NCBI GenBank assembly: GCA_019119145.1
Contig: DWXR01000048.1
Span: 8,361-32,360, forward strand
Origin: Candidatus Ruminococcus gallistercoris
Lineage (GTDB): Bacteria > Bacillota > Clostridia > Oscillospirales > Acutalibacteraceae
Direction of reading: 5' to 3'
DNA: 24,000 nucleotides
The translations under genes and the position numbers were made by a program. Numbering within the stretch: position 1 is the first letter of the stretch; each line of letters starts with the position of its first letter. The notes below the pieces were generated by a model. The model was not told where the DNA came from and searched no databases. It saw only the letters and a program-made list of their open reading frames with translations. This document shows positions 7,591 through 16,248 of this stretch, in pieces.

Positions 7591-7755
7591 GCAAAACGGG
7601 TGTAGCGGGCGGAATGCGGGATATACTGAAAGCAGCAGAAATCGCCTGAAACGGCGGAAATTCCGAAAGCAAAATTATGGAAACGGCGAATAATACAGAA
7701 AACATATACGCTTTTTTGTCGTTTTGCTGTTTTTTATGAATTTTTCCGAGAAAAG

Positions 7756-7785
7756 TTGACGGGAAGCGACGGAAAGCGATACAAT
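7756..7785 (+). promoter_or_regulatory. candidate promoter TTGACG-18 nt-TACAAT with a T-rich upstream (UP-like) tract, for the LCP gene
   Basis: TTGACG at 7756-7761 and TACAAT at 7780-7785. Preceded by CTTTTTTGTCGTTTTGCTGTTTTTTATGAATTTTT. Confidence 0.55.
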
Positions 7786-7858
7786 AAATAGTCGTAGCCG
7801 CAGAGGCGGCAACCACTTTGTCCGTACAGGACGGGGCGGCATCAAAGGAGTGCACAGC

Positions 7859-9436
7859 ATGAGAAAATGGAAGGGCCGGATTCCCGGCCTCGTGATTACG
7901 CTGGTGATGGCGGTCGTGGTGGCCGCGTTCATCGCGGTATTGACTTGGACGCAGTTTATTCCGGTTCATCTTCTGGTTCCCGCGGGCGTCGCGCTTGTGA
8001 TGCTTGCGACGGCCGCCGCACTGCTGGTGCGGAACACCGCCTTCAAGGTCCAGTTCGTTCTGGGCACGCTGCTCGCTTTGATCCTGACGGCGGTGCTCGC
8101 CGTGGGCGGCTACTACCTCTATCGAACGACAAGCACGCTTTCGCGCATTTCCGAAACGCGCACGCAGTCCACGCCGGTCGCGGTGTATGTGCGCGCCGAG
8201 GACGCCGCGCAGAGCATCAGCGATACGGCCGGCTATTCCTTCGGCATCCTTTCCACGCTGGACCGCACCAATACGGACGCGGGCCTCAGCGAGATCGAGT
8301 CGGCGCTCGGCGCCGCGGTGCAGACGCAGGAATACGCGGGCATCACCCAGCTGGCGGATGGGCTCCTCGCGGGCGAGTGCGATGCGATCGTGCTCAATCT
8401 CGCGTATATCGATGTGCTCGGCGAAACCGAGGGTTACACGGATTTTGAATCCAAGGTCCGCGAGCTGGAGATCATGCATGTCGAAACGGAGACCGAGGAG
8501 CAGTCGCAGGCGGTTGTCGATACGGGCAGCACCGACGTGCAGGAGGTCTACACGCTGTACATCAGCGGCAGCGATTCGCGCGAGGGCCTGCACACGGTCG
8601 GCCGCAGCGACGTCAACATCCTCGCGACGATCAACACCGAAACCCGGCAGATCCTGCTGGTCACGACGCCGCGCGACTACTATGTCCCGCTTTCGATTTC
8701 CGACGGCGTCCCCGATAAGCTGACGCACGCCGGTATCTACGGCGTGGACGTCTCGATCGAGACGCTCGAGATGCTGTATGAAACAAACGTCGACTACTAC
8801 TTCCGGCTCGATTTCACCGGCTTCAAGGGCATCGTGGACGCGCTGGGCGGCATCACGCTGTACAACGACATCGCGTTCAGCACGAGCAAGTACGACTACC
8901 CGCTCGGCGTCAATACGCTGGACGGCGACGAGGCGCTGCAGTTCGCGCGCGAGCGCTATTCCTTCGTGGACGGCGACATCCAGCGCGGCAAGAACCAGAT
9001 GAAGGTCATCTCCGCGGTCATCGATAAGGCGATGTCGCCGGAGATTCTGATGAACTACACCTCGATTCTCGAGAGCCTTGAGGACTGCTTCGACATGAAC
9101 GTGCCGTACAGCGACATCGCGGCGCTGGTCCGCCGCCAGCTTTCGGACGGCGGCTCGTGGAACGTCGTGCAGTACAGCGTGACGGGCTACGGCGACACGC
9201 AGGTGCCGTATTCAATGAGCATCCCGGTGTACGTCATGCAGCCGGATTACGAAACAGTGCATAAGGCGCAGGAGCTGATGGACCGCGTGGAGAACGGCGA
9301 GACCATCACGCAGGCGGATACGGAGCTGCCCGTGGACGCGAGCTACAGCACGGACGAGTCCGCAGACGCGCTCGACGACAGCGCGGCATACGGGGATTAT
9401 ACGTATACCGGGACGGACAGCAGTTACGGCTACTAA
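7859..9436 (+). CDS. LytR-CpsA-Psr (LCP) family cell-envelope glycopolymer transferase, multi-TM N-terminus
   Basis: The ATG at 7859 sits 8 nt after AAAGGAG; the track start at 7850 is a GTG inside the RBS. LCP core: YTLYISGSDSREG...SDVNILATINTETRQILLVTTPRDYYVPL...DKLTHAGIYG...LDGDEALQFARERYSFVDGDIQRGKNQMKVISAVIDKA. Confidence 0.85.
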   Translation: MRKWKGRIPGLVITLVMAVVVAAFIAVLTWTQFIPVHLLVPAGVALVMLATAAALLVRNTAFKVQFVLGTLLALILTAVLAVGGYYLYRTTSTLSRISETRTQSTPVAVYVRAEDAAQSISDTAGYSFGILSTLDRTNTDAGLSEIESALGAAVQTQEYAGITQLADGLLAGECDAIVLNLAYIDVLGETEGYTDFESKVRELEIMHVETETEEQSQAVVDTGSTDVQEVYTLYISGSDSREGLHTVGRSDVNILATINTETRQILLVTTPRDYYVPLSISDGVPDKLTHAGIYGVDVSIETLEMLYETNVDYYFRLDFTGFKGIVDALGGITLYNDIAFSTSKYDYPLGVNTLDGDEALQFARERYSFVDGDIQRGKNQMKVISAVIDKAMSPEILMNYTSILESLEDCFDMNVPYSDIAALVRRQLSDGGSWNVVQYSVTGYGDTQVPYSMSIPVYVMQPDYETVHKAQELMDRVENGETITQADTELPVDASYSTDESADALDDSAAYGDYTYTGTDSSYGY

Positions 9437-9448
9437 AAATGCATGGGA

Positions 9449-9485
9449 TTTCCCGAAGCCCGGAGCGGCTTCGGGAAATTTTGTA
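9449..9485 (+). terminator. intrinsic terminator after the LCP gene
   Basis: Perfect 11-bp stem TTTCCCGAAGC / GCTTCGGGAAA with an 8-nt loop, followed by TTTTGT. Confidence 0.85.
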
Positions 9486-9534
9486 TACGGCGGTTTCAGC
9501 CGGAAAATCAAATTTTATGCGGGGAGGATGCAAA

Positions 9535-10212
9535 ATGGAAAGAGCATTGTACGAACAGATGGAAAACTGTATGCTGGACGCGATGGAGGCCGGCGCGCAC
9601 GACGCAGAGCACGTGTACCGCGTGCTGTATGCGGCGCTGGACATTGCGCAGACGGAGCCGGCGGCGGATCTCGACGTGGTGATCGCGGCCTGTCTGCTGC
9701 ACGACATCGGCCGCGCGGAGGAGCGGCAGGACCCGTCGGTCTGCCACGCGCAGGTCGGCGCGGAAAAGGCGTACCGCTTCCTGCTCGGGATCGGGCAGGA
9801 CGAGCCGTTCGCCGCGCATGTGCGCGACTGCATCCGCACGCACCGCTTCCGCAGCGATGCGCCGCCCGAAACGCTCGAGGCAAAGATTCTGTTCGACGCG
9901 GACAAGCTGGATTCCGCCGGTGCTTTCGGCGTTGCGCGCACGCTGGTGTTCCGGGGCGAGCGCGCGGAACCGCTCTACACGCGCGCGGCGGACGGCTCGG
10001 TTTCCGACGGCACCGGGGACAAGCGGCCCTCCTTTTTCCAGGAGTACAAGCGCAAGCTCGAGCGGGTCTACGCCGGTTTTTACACGGCGCGCGGCGCCGC
10101 TCTGGCTGAATCGCGCCGCGCCACGGCCGAGGGCTTCTACCGCGCGCTGCTCCACGAAGCGCGCGAAACCGACGAAAAGGGGCGAGAGATCCTCCGCGGC
10201 CTGCTGCAATAA
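9535..10212 (+). CDS. HD-domain metal-dependent phosphohydrolase
   Basis: The ATG at 9535 follows GGGGAGGA. Has the H...HD...H...D pattern: AEHVYRV, LLHDIGR, CIRTHRF, LFDADKLD. The track start at 9439 overlaps the upstream terminator. Confidence 0.75.
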   Translation: MERALYEQMENCMLDAMEAGAHDAEHVYRVLYAALDIAQTEPAADLDVVIAACLLHDIGRAEERQDPSVCHAQVGAEKAYRFLLGIGQDEPFAAHVRDCIRTHRFRSDAPPETLEAKILFDADKLDSAGAFGVARTLVFRGERAEPLYTRAADGSVSDGTGDKRPSFFQEYKRKLERVYAGFYTARGAALAESRRATAEGFYRALLHEARETDEKGREILRGLLQ

Positions 10213-10219
10213 AAACTTT

Positions 10220-10256
10220 TTCCCCGGAGCCCTTGCGGTTTCCGGGGGAATTCTTT
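10220..10256 (+). terminator. possible weak terminator after the HD gene, overlapping a possible TTGCGG-17 nt-TATAAT promoter for the next operon
   Basis: CCCCGGA (10222-10228) pairs with TCCGGGG (10241-10247) around a 12-nt loop, then GAATTCTTTAT. TATAAT at 10256-10261 and TTGCGG at 10233-10238. Confidence 0.35.
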
Positions 10257-10317
10257 ATAATAAAATCGGTATATTGCGGCGCGCCGCGTGCGCTGCGGAT
10301 TGAAAGGGGAGAGGCGC

Positions 10318-10818
10318 ATGAAACGGAAAGCGGCAGCGCCGCCGGAAAACGCAGTTGTGCTGGTCCTCGGCGCGAAGGTGTTTGAGAACCGGCTGAGCAC
10401 GACGCTTCAAAACCGCGTGCAGGCGGCGGCCGACTATCTGCGCGCCCATCCGGAGGCGGTGTGCATCACGACCGGCGGGCAGGGCAGAGACGAGCCGCGC
10501 GCCGAGGGCGATGCGGCGAAGCAGGCGCTCGAAGCGCTCGGCATCGCGCCCGAACGCATCACGGCGGAAACGCGCTCGCGCACGACGCTCGAAAACCTGC
10601 GCTTCTCGAAGGCGATCCTTGAACGGGCGGGGCGCGGTCCGGCGGTGGCGATTGCGACGCAGGGCTACCACATGCGCCGCGCGTGCATGATGGCGCGCCA
10701 TATCGGCCTTGCGCCGTACCCGCTTTATGCGGTGAGCAACCCGTATGCGCTGCCGAAAAACGTCTGCCGCGAACTGCTCGCCACGATGAAATTCCTGCTT
10801 TTGAACAGAAAGGGATGA
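10318..10818 (+). CDS. YdcF / DUF218 (ElyC/SanA-type) family protein
   Basis: The ATG at 10318 follows AAAGGGGAGAGG. Family-typical blocks: VVLVLGAKV...RVQAAADYL...ITTGGQG...EPRAEGDAAKQALEALGIAPERITAETRSRTTLENLRFSK...IATQGYHMRRA. Confidence 0.75.
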   Translation: MKRKAAAPPENAVVLVLGAKVFENRLSTTLQNRVQAAADYLRAHPEAVCITTGGQGRDEPRAEGDAAKQALEALGIAPERITAETRSRTTLENLRFSKAILERAGRGPAVAIATQGYHMRRACMMARHIGLAPYPLYAVSNPYALPKNVCRELLATMKFLLLNRKG

Positions 10819-10823
10819 ACGAT

Positions 10824-12110
10824 ATGGAACAGAACGCAAAGAAGATCCTGATCCGCGGCGCGCGGATCGTCAATCCGGCGCGCGGGGAGGACTTCGTCGG
10901 CAATATCCTGATCGCCGACGGCCGCATAAGCGCCGTTTCGGCGGACGCGTCTGACGCGCAGGCCGAGGTGATCGAGGCCGCGGGCCTCACGGCGGTGCCC
11001 GGTCTCGTCGACCTGCACGTGCACCTGCGCGATCCCGGCTTCACCGACAAGGAGGACGTGCTGACGGGCTGCCGTGCGGCGGCGGCCGGCGGCGTGACGA
11101 GCCTGCTGTGCATGCCGAACACGAAGCCCGCGGTCGATACGCCGGAAACCGTGCGCTACATCCTCGATAAGGCGAAGGACGCCGACGCGCACGTCTATGT
11201 GGCGGCGGCGATTACGAAGGGCATCGCCGGCGAGACGCTGAACGACCTCGCGGCGCTCCGGGAGGCCGGGGCCGCGGCGCTCAGCGACGACGGCCGCCCG
11301 GTGGTCGACACGGCCTGCCTTGCCGAGGCGATGCGGAAAGCGCCGGCGCTCGGCATGCTCGTCGCCGCGCACTGCGAGGACCTGTACCTCGCGAAGAAGT
11401 GGTATTTGAACGAGGGCGAAATTTCCGCACAGCTCGGCCTGCCCGGCGTGCCCGCCGCAGCGGAGGACTGCGGCACGGCCCGCGAGATCGCCGTGGCGGC
11501 GGCGTACGGCGTGCCGGTGCATATCTGCCACGTGAGCACCGCGACCTCGGCCGCGCTGATCCGCGACGCAAAGGCGCGCGGCGTGCAGGTGACGGCGGAA
11601 ACCGCGCCGCACTACCTGCTGCTGACCGACCGCGAACTGCTCAAGAAGGACGCCGACTACCGCATGAACCCGCCGCTGCGCACGGAGAAGGATCGCCTCG
11701 CGATGATCGAGGCGCTGCGCGACGGCACGATCGACGCGATCGCGACCGACCACGCGCCGCACACGTCGGAGGAAAAGGCCGACTTCCTGAAAGCGCCGAA
11801 CGGCTCGATCGGCATGGAGACGTCGTTCTCCGCGTCGTATACCGCGCTCGTCAAGACCGGCGTGCTGACGCTCCCGGCGCTCATCGAGCGCATGAGCGTG
11901 CGCCCGGCGCAGATCCTCGGCATTGAGGCCGGCGTGATCGAAGCGGGCGCCCCGGCCGATATCGCGCTGATCGACGAAAACGCCGTGTGGACTGTCGACC
12001 CGGACAAGCTCCACGGCAAGAGCCGCAACACCCCGTTTAAGGGCATGACGCTGCACGCAAAGGTCAGGGCGACCGTCTGCGGCGGCAGAATCGTCTACTC
12101 CGAGCTGTGA
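10824..12110 (+). CDS. pyrC: dihydroorotase (class I, Bacillus type)
   Basis: Starts MEQNAKKILIRGARIVNP, 6 nt after the ydcF-like stop. Motifs GLVDLHVHLRDPG, MPNT(K)P, ICHVST and ATDHAPH are metal-ligand signatures of amidohydrolase-type DHOase. The track start at 10683 lies inside the upstream gene. Confidence 0.9.
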   Translation: MEQNAKKILIRGARIVNPARGEDFVGNILIADGRISAVSADASDAQAEVIEAAGLTAVPGLVDLHVHLRDPGFTDKEDVLTGCRAAAAGGVTSLLCMPNTKPAVDTPETVRYILDKAKDADAHVYVAAAITKGIAGETLNDLAALREAGAAALSDDGRPVVDTACLAEAMRKAPALGMLVAAHCEDLYLAKKWYLNEGEISAQLGLPGVPAAAEDCGTAREIAVAAAYGVPVHICHVSTATSAALIRDAKARGVQVTAETAPHYLLLTDRELLKKDADYRMNPPLRTEKDRLAMIEALRDGTIDAIATDHAPHTSEEKADFLKAPNGSIGMETSFSASYTALVKTGVLTLPALIERMSVRPAQILGIEAGVIEAGAPADIALIDENAVWTVDPDKLHGKSRNTPFKGMTLHAKVRATVCGGRIVYSEL

Positions 12111-12149
12111 AACCGCTCGTTATAAAATCATACAGAGAGGAACATCACC

Positions 12150-13082
12150 ATGTCTTTTGACCGCATGATCGAAAAGATCGTTGAAACCCAGAATCCGACC
12201 GTCGCGGGCCTCGACCCGAAGCTCTCGTATATCCCGCCGTATATCCTCGACGCGGCCGTCGCCGAGCACGGCAAGACGCTCGAAGGCGCGGCGGCGGCGC
12301 TCGTCGCGTACAACAAGGGCCTCATCGACGCGCTGTGCGACATCGTCCCGGCCGTAAAGCCGCAGGCCGCGTACTATGAGATGTACGGCTGGCAGGGCGT
12401 GAAGGCGCTCGCGGAGACGATCGCCTACGCCCACGAAAAGGGCATGTTCGTCATCACGGACGGCAAGCGCAACGACATCGGCACGACGATGGAGGCGTAC
12501 GCGACGGCACACCTCGGCACGACGGACGTGTTCGGCGAGAAGCTCGACGCGTTCGGCGCCGACGCGCTGACCGTCAACGGCTACCTCGGCACCGACGGCA
12601 TCCAGCCGCTGCTCGGCATCTGCGGCGAAAAGGACAAGGGCATCTTCGTGCTCGTCAAGACCTCGAACCCCTCCTCCGGCGAGCTGCAGGACCAGAAGCT
12701 CGAAAGCGGCAAGACCGTCTACGAGGCGATGGGCGCGTTCTGCGAGCAGTGGGGCGAGTCCGTCATGGGCAAGTACGGCTATTCCGGCGTCGGCGCGGTC
12801 GTCGGCGCAACGTACCCGGCACAGCTCGGCGAGATGCGCGAAAAGGCGCCGCACACGTTTTTCCTCGTGCCCGGCTACGGCGCGCAGGGCGGCGGCGCGG
12901 ACGACGTTGCCCCGGCGTTTGACAAGAACGGCCTCGGCGCGATCATCAATTCCTCGCGCGGCATCATGTGCGCGTGGCAGAAGGAAAAGTGCGACGAGCG
13001 CGATTACGCGCAGGCCGCGCGCCGCGAGGCGATCCGCATGCGCGACGCGATCCGCGCCCGCATCGGCGAGATCCGCGCGTAA
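12150..13082 (+). CDS. pyrF: orotidine 5'-phosphate decarboxylase, long (type 2) form
   Basis: 310 aa, RBS AGAGAGGAA. Contains VAGLDP, AVKPQAAYYE, VITDGKRNDIGTT and FLVPGYGAQGG, characteristic of the type 2 OMP decarboxylases. Confidence 0.88.
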   Translation: MSFDRMIEKIVETQNPTVAGLDPKLSYIPPYILDAAVAEHGKTLEGAAAALVAYNKGLIDALCDIVPAVKPQAAYYEMYGWQGVKALAETIAYAHEKGMFVITDGKRNDIGTTMEAYATAHLGTTDVFGEKLDAFGADALTVNGYLGTDGIQPLLGICGEKDKGIFVLVKTSNPSSGELQDQKLESGKTVYEAMGAFCEQWGESVMGKYGYSGVGAVVGATYPAQLGEMREKAPHTFFLVPGYGAQGGGADDVAPAFDKNGLGAIINSSRGIMCAWQKEKCDERDYAQAARREAIRMRDAIRARIGEIRA

Positions 13083-13103
13083 AACCGACAGGGAGTGGTG
13101 GAA

Positions 13104-13862
13104 ATGAAATACGACGTCAAGCTCTGCGAACTCGTGCGCACCGCCGAGATCGCAGCCGATACCTACGACTTTACGGTGCGCGCGCCGGAACTTGCCGCTG
13201 CGGCAAAGCCCGGCCAGTTCGCGCACATCTATGTGCCGGGCCGCACGCTGCGCCGCCCGATCTCGATCTGCGACATCGACCGCGAAAACGGCACGCTGCG
13301 CTTTGTGTTCCAGATCCGCGGCGCCGGCACGGCCGACCTCGCGAGATTCAAGGTCGGCGATTCGCTCGACATTCTGGCCCCGCTCGGAAACGGCTTTTCG
13401 GTTGAGCCGGGCAAAAAGGCGCTGTTCGTCGGCGGCGGCATCGGCGTGCCCCCGCTGCTCGGCGCGGCGAAGCACTACGGTGAAAACGCCGTGGTCGCGG
13501 TCGGCTTCCGCAGTGCGGACTACGCGATCCTCACGGAGGATTTCAAGGCCGCCGGGTGCGCGGTGCGCGTCGCGACCGACGACGGCTCCCTCGGCCATCA
13601 CGGCCTTGTGACCGATCTGATCCGCGACGTGCAGCCCGATATAATCTGCGCCTGCGGGCCGATGGTCATGCTGCGCGCGGTCGCGGCTTATGCGAAGGAA
13701 AACGGCGTCCGCTGCGAGATCTCGCTCGAGGAGCGCATGGCGTGCGGCATCGGCGCCTGCCTCGGCTGCGCGGTGGAGCTGTACGATGAAAACGGTGAAA
13801 TCTACATGGGCCATGTCTGCAAGGACGGCCCGGTCTTTGCGGCGGAAAGGGTGGTGCTCTGA
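13104..13862 (+). CDS. pyrK: dihydroorotate dehydrogenase B electron-transfer (FAD/[2Fe-2S]) subunit
   Basis: The ATG at 13104 lies 8 nt after GGGAG. Has RRPISI (FAD-binding RxxS) and GGGIGVPPL (NAD-binding-like). The C-terminal cluster motif is CGIGACLGC...C. Its stop overlaps the pyrD ATG (TGATG). Confidence 0.88.
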   Translation: MKYDVKLCELVRTAEIAADTYDFTVRAPELAAAAKPGQFAHIYVPGRTLRRPISICDIDRENGTLRFVFQIRGAGTADLARFKVGDSLDILAPLGNGFSVEPGKKALFVGGGIGVPPLLGAAKHYGENAVVAVGFRSADYAILTEDFKAAGCAVRVATDDGSLGHHGLVTDLIRDVQPDIICACGPMVMLRAVAAYAKENGVRCEISLEERMACGIGACLGCAVELYDENGEIYMGHVCKDGPVFAAERVVL

Positions 13863-14773
13863 TGGCTGATCTGCATGTAAACGTGGCGGGCGTTGCATTC
13901 AACAACCCGCTGATCGCGGCCTCCGGCACGTTCGGCTTCGGCCGGGAATACGCGGAGTTCTATCCGCTTTCGACGCTCGGCGGCATCTCGTCGAAGGGCA
14001 TCACGCTGAAGGCGCGCCCGGGCAACCCGGCGCCGCGCATCGCCGAGGCGCCCGGCGGCATGCTGAACGCCGTCGGCCTGCAGAACCCCGGCGTCGACCA
14101 CTTCATCCGCGAGGATCTGCCGTGGCTGCGCGAGCAGGGCACGCGGATCATCGCGAACATCGCCGGCAACACGCCGGAGGATTACTGCGCGATGGCGGAG
14201 AAGCTGAACGACACCGACGTCGACATGATCGAGCTGAACATCTCCTGCCCGAACGTGAAGCAGGGCGGCGTGCAGTTCGGCACGACCTGCGCGGGCGTTT
14301 CCGGCATCACGAAGGCCGTGCGCGCGCACTGCAAAAAGCCGCTGATGGTCAAGCTCTCGCCGAACGTGACCGACATTTCCGAGATGGCGCTCGCCGCCGA
14401 AAGCGAGGGCGCGGACGCGATCTCGATGATCAACACGCTGACCGGCATGCGCATCGACATCCGCACGCGGCGGCCGATCATCCACAACAACACGGGCGGC
14501 TTCTCCGGCCCGGCGCTGCTGCCGATCGCCGTGCGCATGGTGTGGCAGACGTACCAGAAGGTGAAGATCCCGATCGTCGGCCTCGGCGGCATCAGCACGT
14601 GGCAGGACGCGGTCGAGATGCTGCTCGCCGGCGCGACGGCGCTGCAGATCGGCACCGTGCTGTTCACGGACCCGTACGCGCCGGTGAAGATCGCCGAGGG
14701 CCTCGCAGAGTTTATGGACGAAAACGGCGTGCAGTCCGTTTCCGAGCTGACCGGCGCCGTGCAGGCGTGGTGA
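13862..14773 (+). CDS. pyrD: dihydroorotate dehydrogenase 1B catalytic subunit
   Basis: 303 aa: NPLIAASGTFGFG, GLQNPGV, ELNISCPNVK (catalytic Cys), KLSPNV, INT, GGFSGPA, GLGGI. Confidence 0.92.
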   Translation: MADLHVNVAGVAFNNPLIAASGTFGFGREYAEFYPLSTLGGISSKGITLKARPGNPAPRIAEAPGGMLNAVGLQNPGVDHFIREDLPWLREQGTRIIANIAGNTPEDYCAMAEKLNDTDVDMIELNISCPNVKQGGVQFGTTCAGVSGITKAVRAHCKKPLMVKLSPNVTDISEMALAAESEGADAISMINTLTGMRIDIRTRRPIIHNNTGGFSGPALLPIAVRMVWQTYQKVKIPIVGLGGISTWQDAVEMLLAGATALQIGTVLFTDPYAPVKIAEGLAEFMDENGVQSVSELTGAVQAW

Positions 14774-14852
14774 TTGAAGCCCGGCGGCGCGGCCGGATAC
14801 GCGCGGACCGCGTGCATCGGCGCGCACGCCGTCGGAGAGAGTTGGAGGCGCT

Positions 14853-15518
14853 TTGATGGAAAATGCGATAACCCGCCTGTACCTGGTGCGCCACTGCCAG
14901 AGCATGGGCAATCTCCAGAATATTTTTCAGGGGCAGCACGAATACGGCGTCAGCCCCGTCGGAGAGCAGCAGCTCGCGCTTTTGAGCCTGCGCTTTCGGA
15001 ACATACACCTCGACGCGATCTATTCGAGCCCGCTGCAGCGCGCCGCGAAGACAGCGGAGGCGATCAACGCGTACCACAATCTGCCGATCACGCAGCTTAA
15101 TGACCTGATGGAGATCGACGTCGGCGAACTGGAGGCGAAGCCGCTCAGCGACCTGCCGGTGCAGTACCCCGTTTTGTCGCGGCATTGGAACGAGACGCCG
15201 CAGGACTGCGTGTTCCCGGGCGGCGAATCGATGCGCAAGGTGTTCGACCGCGCGTCGTCCGCGCTGCGCACGATTCTGGCGGAAAGCGCGGGCAAGACCG
15301 TCCTCGTCACGTCGCACGGCTGCCTGCTGCGCAACATGGCCTGCGCGCTGCTGTACGGCACGGTCGACGCGCTGCCGCAGGTGGTGCTCTCCGGCAACAC
15401 GTCGGTGTCGGAATTCGAGGTTTCGGAGGCCGGCGTACGGGTCGTGCGGATGAACGACCTGAGCCACCTGCCGCCGGAGCTGCGCGGTGACCCGCACCAG
15501 TACGATTTGAAAAAGTAA
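14853..15518 (+). CDS. histidine phosphatase (phosphoglycerate-mutase-like) family protein, tandem copy 1
   Basis: 221 aa, RBS TGGAGG. The N-terminal catalytic motif RLYLVRHCQSMGN is RHC where the family is usually RHG. Second-His motif is VTSHGCLLR. Confidence 0.8.
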   Translation: MMENAITRLYLVRHCQSMGNLQNIFQGQHEYGVSPVGEQQLALLSLRFRNIHLDAIYSSPLQRAAKTAEAINAYHNLPITQLNDLMEIDVGELEAKPLSDLPVQYPVLSRHWNETPQDCVFPGGESMRKVFDRASSALRTILAESAGKTVLVTSHGCLLRNMACALLYGTVDALPQVVLSGNTSVSEFEVSEAGVRVVRMNDLSHLPPELRGDPHQYDLKK

Positions 15519-15576
15519 CGGAAGCGGATGCTCCCGGCTGACCGGTGCGCAGCAAACGCGGCGGAAAGGAGTCGAT

Positions 15577-16236
15577 ATGGAACGGAAAACCCGTCTGTAT
15601 CTGGTGCGCCACTGCCAGAGCACAGGCAATCTCCGGAATATTTTTCAGGGGCAGACGGATGCGGATGTGAGCGCGATGGGCGAAAAGCAGCTCGCGCTGC
15701 TCGGCCTGCGCTTTCGGGATGTTCCGGTCGATGCGGTTTATTCGAGTCCGCTCCGGCGCGCGCTGAAAACCGCGGAGGCGGTAAACGCGTACCACAATCT
15801 GCCGATCACACAGCTTAATGACCTGATGGAGATCGACGTCGGCGAACTGGAGGGCAGAAAGCTCGACTCCGTGTTTGATGGCCATCCGGCGCTTGCGGCC
15901 CGGTGGAATGAAGCGCCGCAGGACTGCGCGTTTCCGGGCGGGGAATCGGTCGCGCAGGTGTACGGTCGGGCGAAAAGCGCGCTCAGCCGCATCCTGCGGG
16001 AAAATGCGGGTAAAACGGTGGTCGTCGCGTCGCACGGCTTTCTGCTGCGAAACATGGTTTGCGCGCTGCTGAACGGCGATTTGCAGGCGCTGCCGTCGGT
16101 TCACATCGGCGGCAACACGTCGGTGTCGGAATTCGAGGTTTCGGCGTCGGGCGTGCAGGTCGTGCGGATGAACGACCTGAGCCACCTGCCGCCGGAGCTG
16201 CGCGGCGACCCGCACCAGTACGATTTGAAAAAGTGA
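15577..16236 (+). CDS. histidine phosphatase family protein, tandem copy 2 (paralog of 14853..15518)
   Basis: 219 aa, RBS GGAAAGGAG. Contains RLYLVRHCQSTGN and VASHGFLLR. Roughly 70% aa identity to copy 1 by eye, with identical C-terminal VVRMNDLSHLPPELRGDPHQYDLKK. Confidence 0.8.
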   Translation: MERKTRLYLVRHCQSTGNLRNIFQGQTDADVSAMGEKQLALLGLRFRDVPVDAVYSSPLRRALKTAEAVNAYHNLPITQLNDLMEIDVGELEGRKLDSVFDGHPALAARWNEAPQDCAFPGGESVAQVYGRAKSALSRILRENAGKTVVVASHGFLLRNMVCALLNGDLQALPSVHIGGNTSVSEFEVSASGVQVVRMNDLSHLPPELRGDPHQYDLKK

Positions 16237-16248
16237 TAAAACGCGAAA

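Noticed and set aside
7677-7739. 20-codon ORF METANNTENIYAFLSFCCFL as a real small protein
   Set aside because: There is only a weak GAAAG 12 nt upstream, no supporting promoter, and the hydrophobic tail derives from a T-rich UP-like tract. I kept it only as part of a low-interest finding.
7388-8728. 446-aa minus-strand ORF opposite the LCP gene and the upstream intergenic region
   Set aside because: It crosses a + strand terminator, a promoter and the LCP start. Its sequence is low-complexity, and the LCP frame is well supported.
10262-10317. PyrR-binding attenuator upstream of the pyr genes
   Set aside because: The leader contains only a GCGGCGCGCCGC palindrome. I found no PyrR-loop-like ARUCCAGAGAGG sequence and no terminator/antiterminator pair.
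10725-12056. 443-aa minus-strand ORF opposite pyrC
   Set aside because: Antisense artefact. The + strand frame is a clear dihydroorotase.
12120-13898. 592-aa minus-strand ORF across pyrF and pyrK
   Set aside because: Antisense artefact. It spans two well-supported + strand genes and their intergenic gap, and its composition is arginine/alanine-rich and repetitive.
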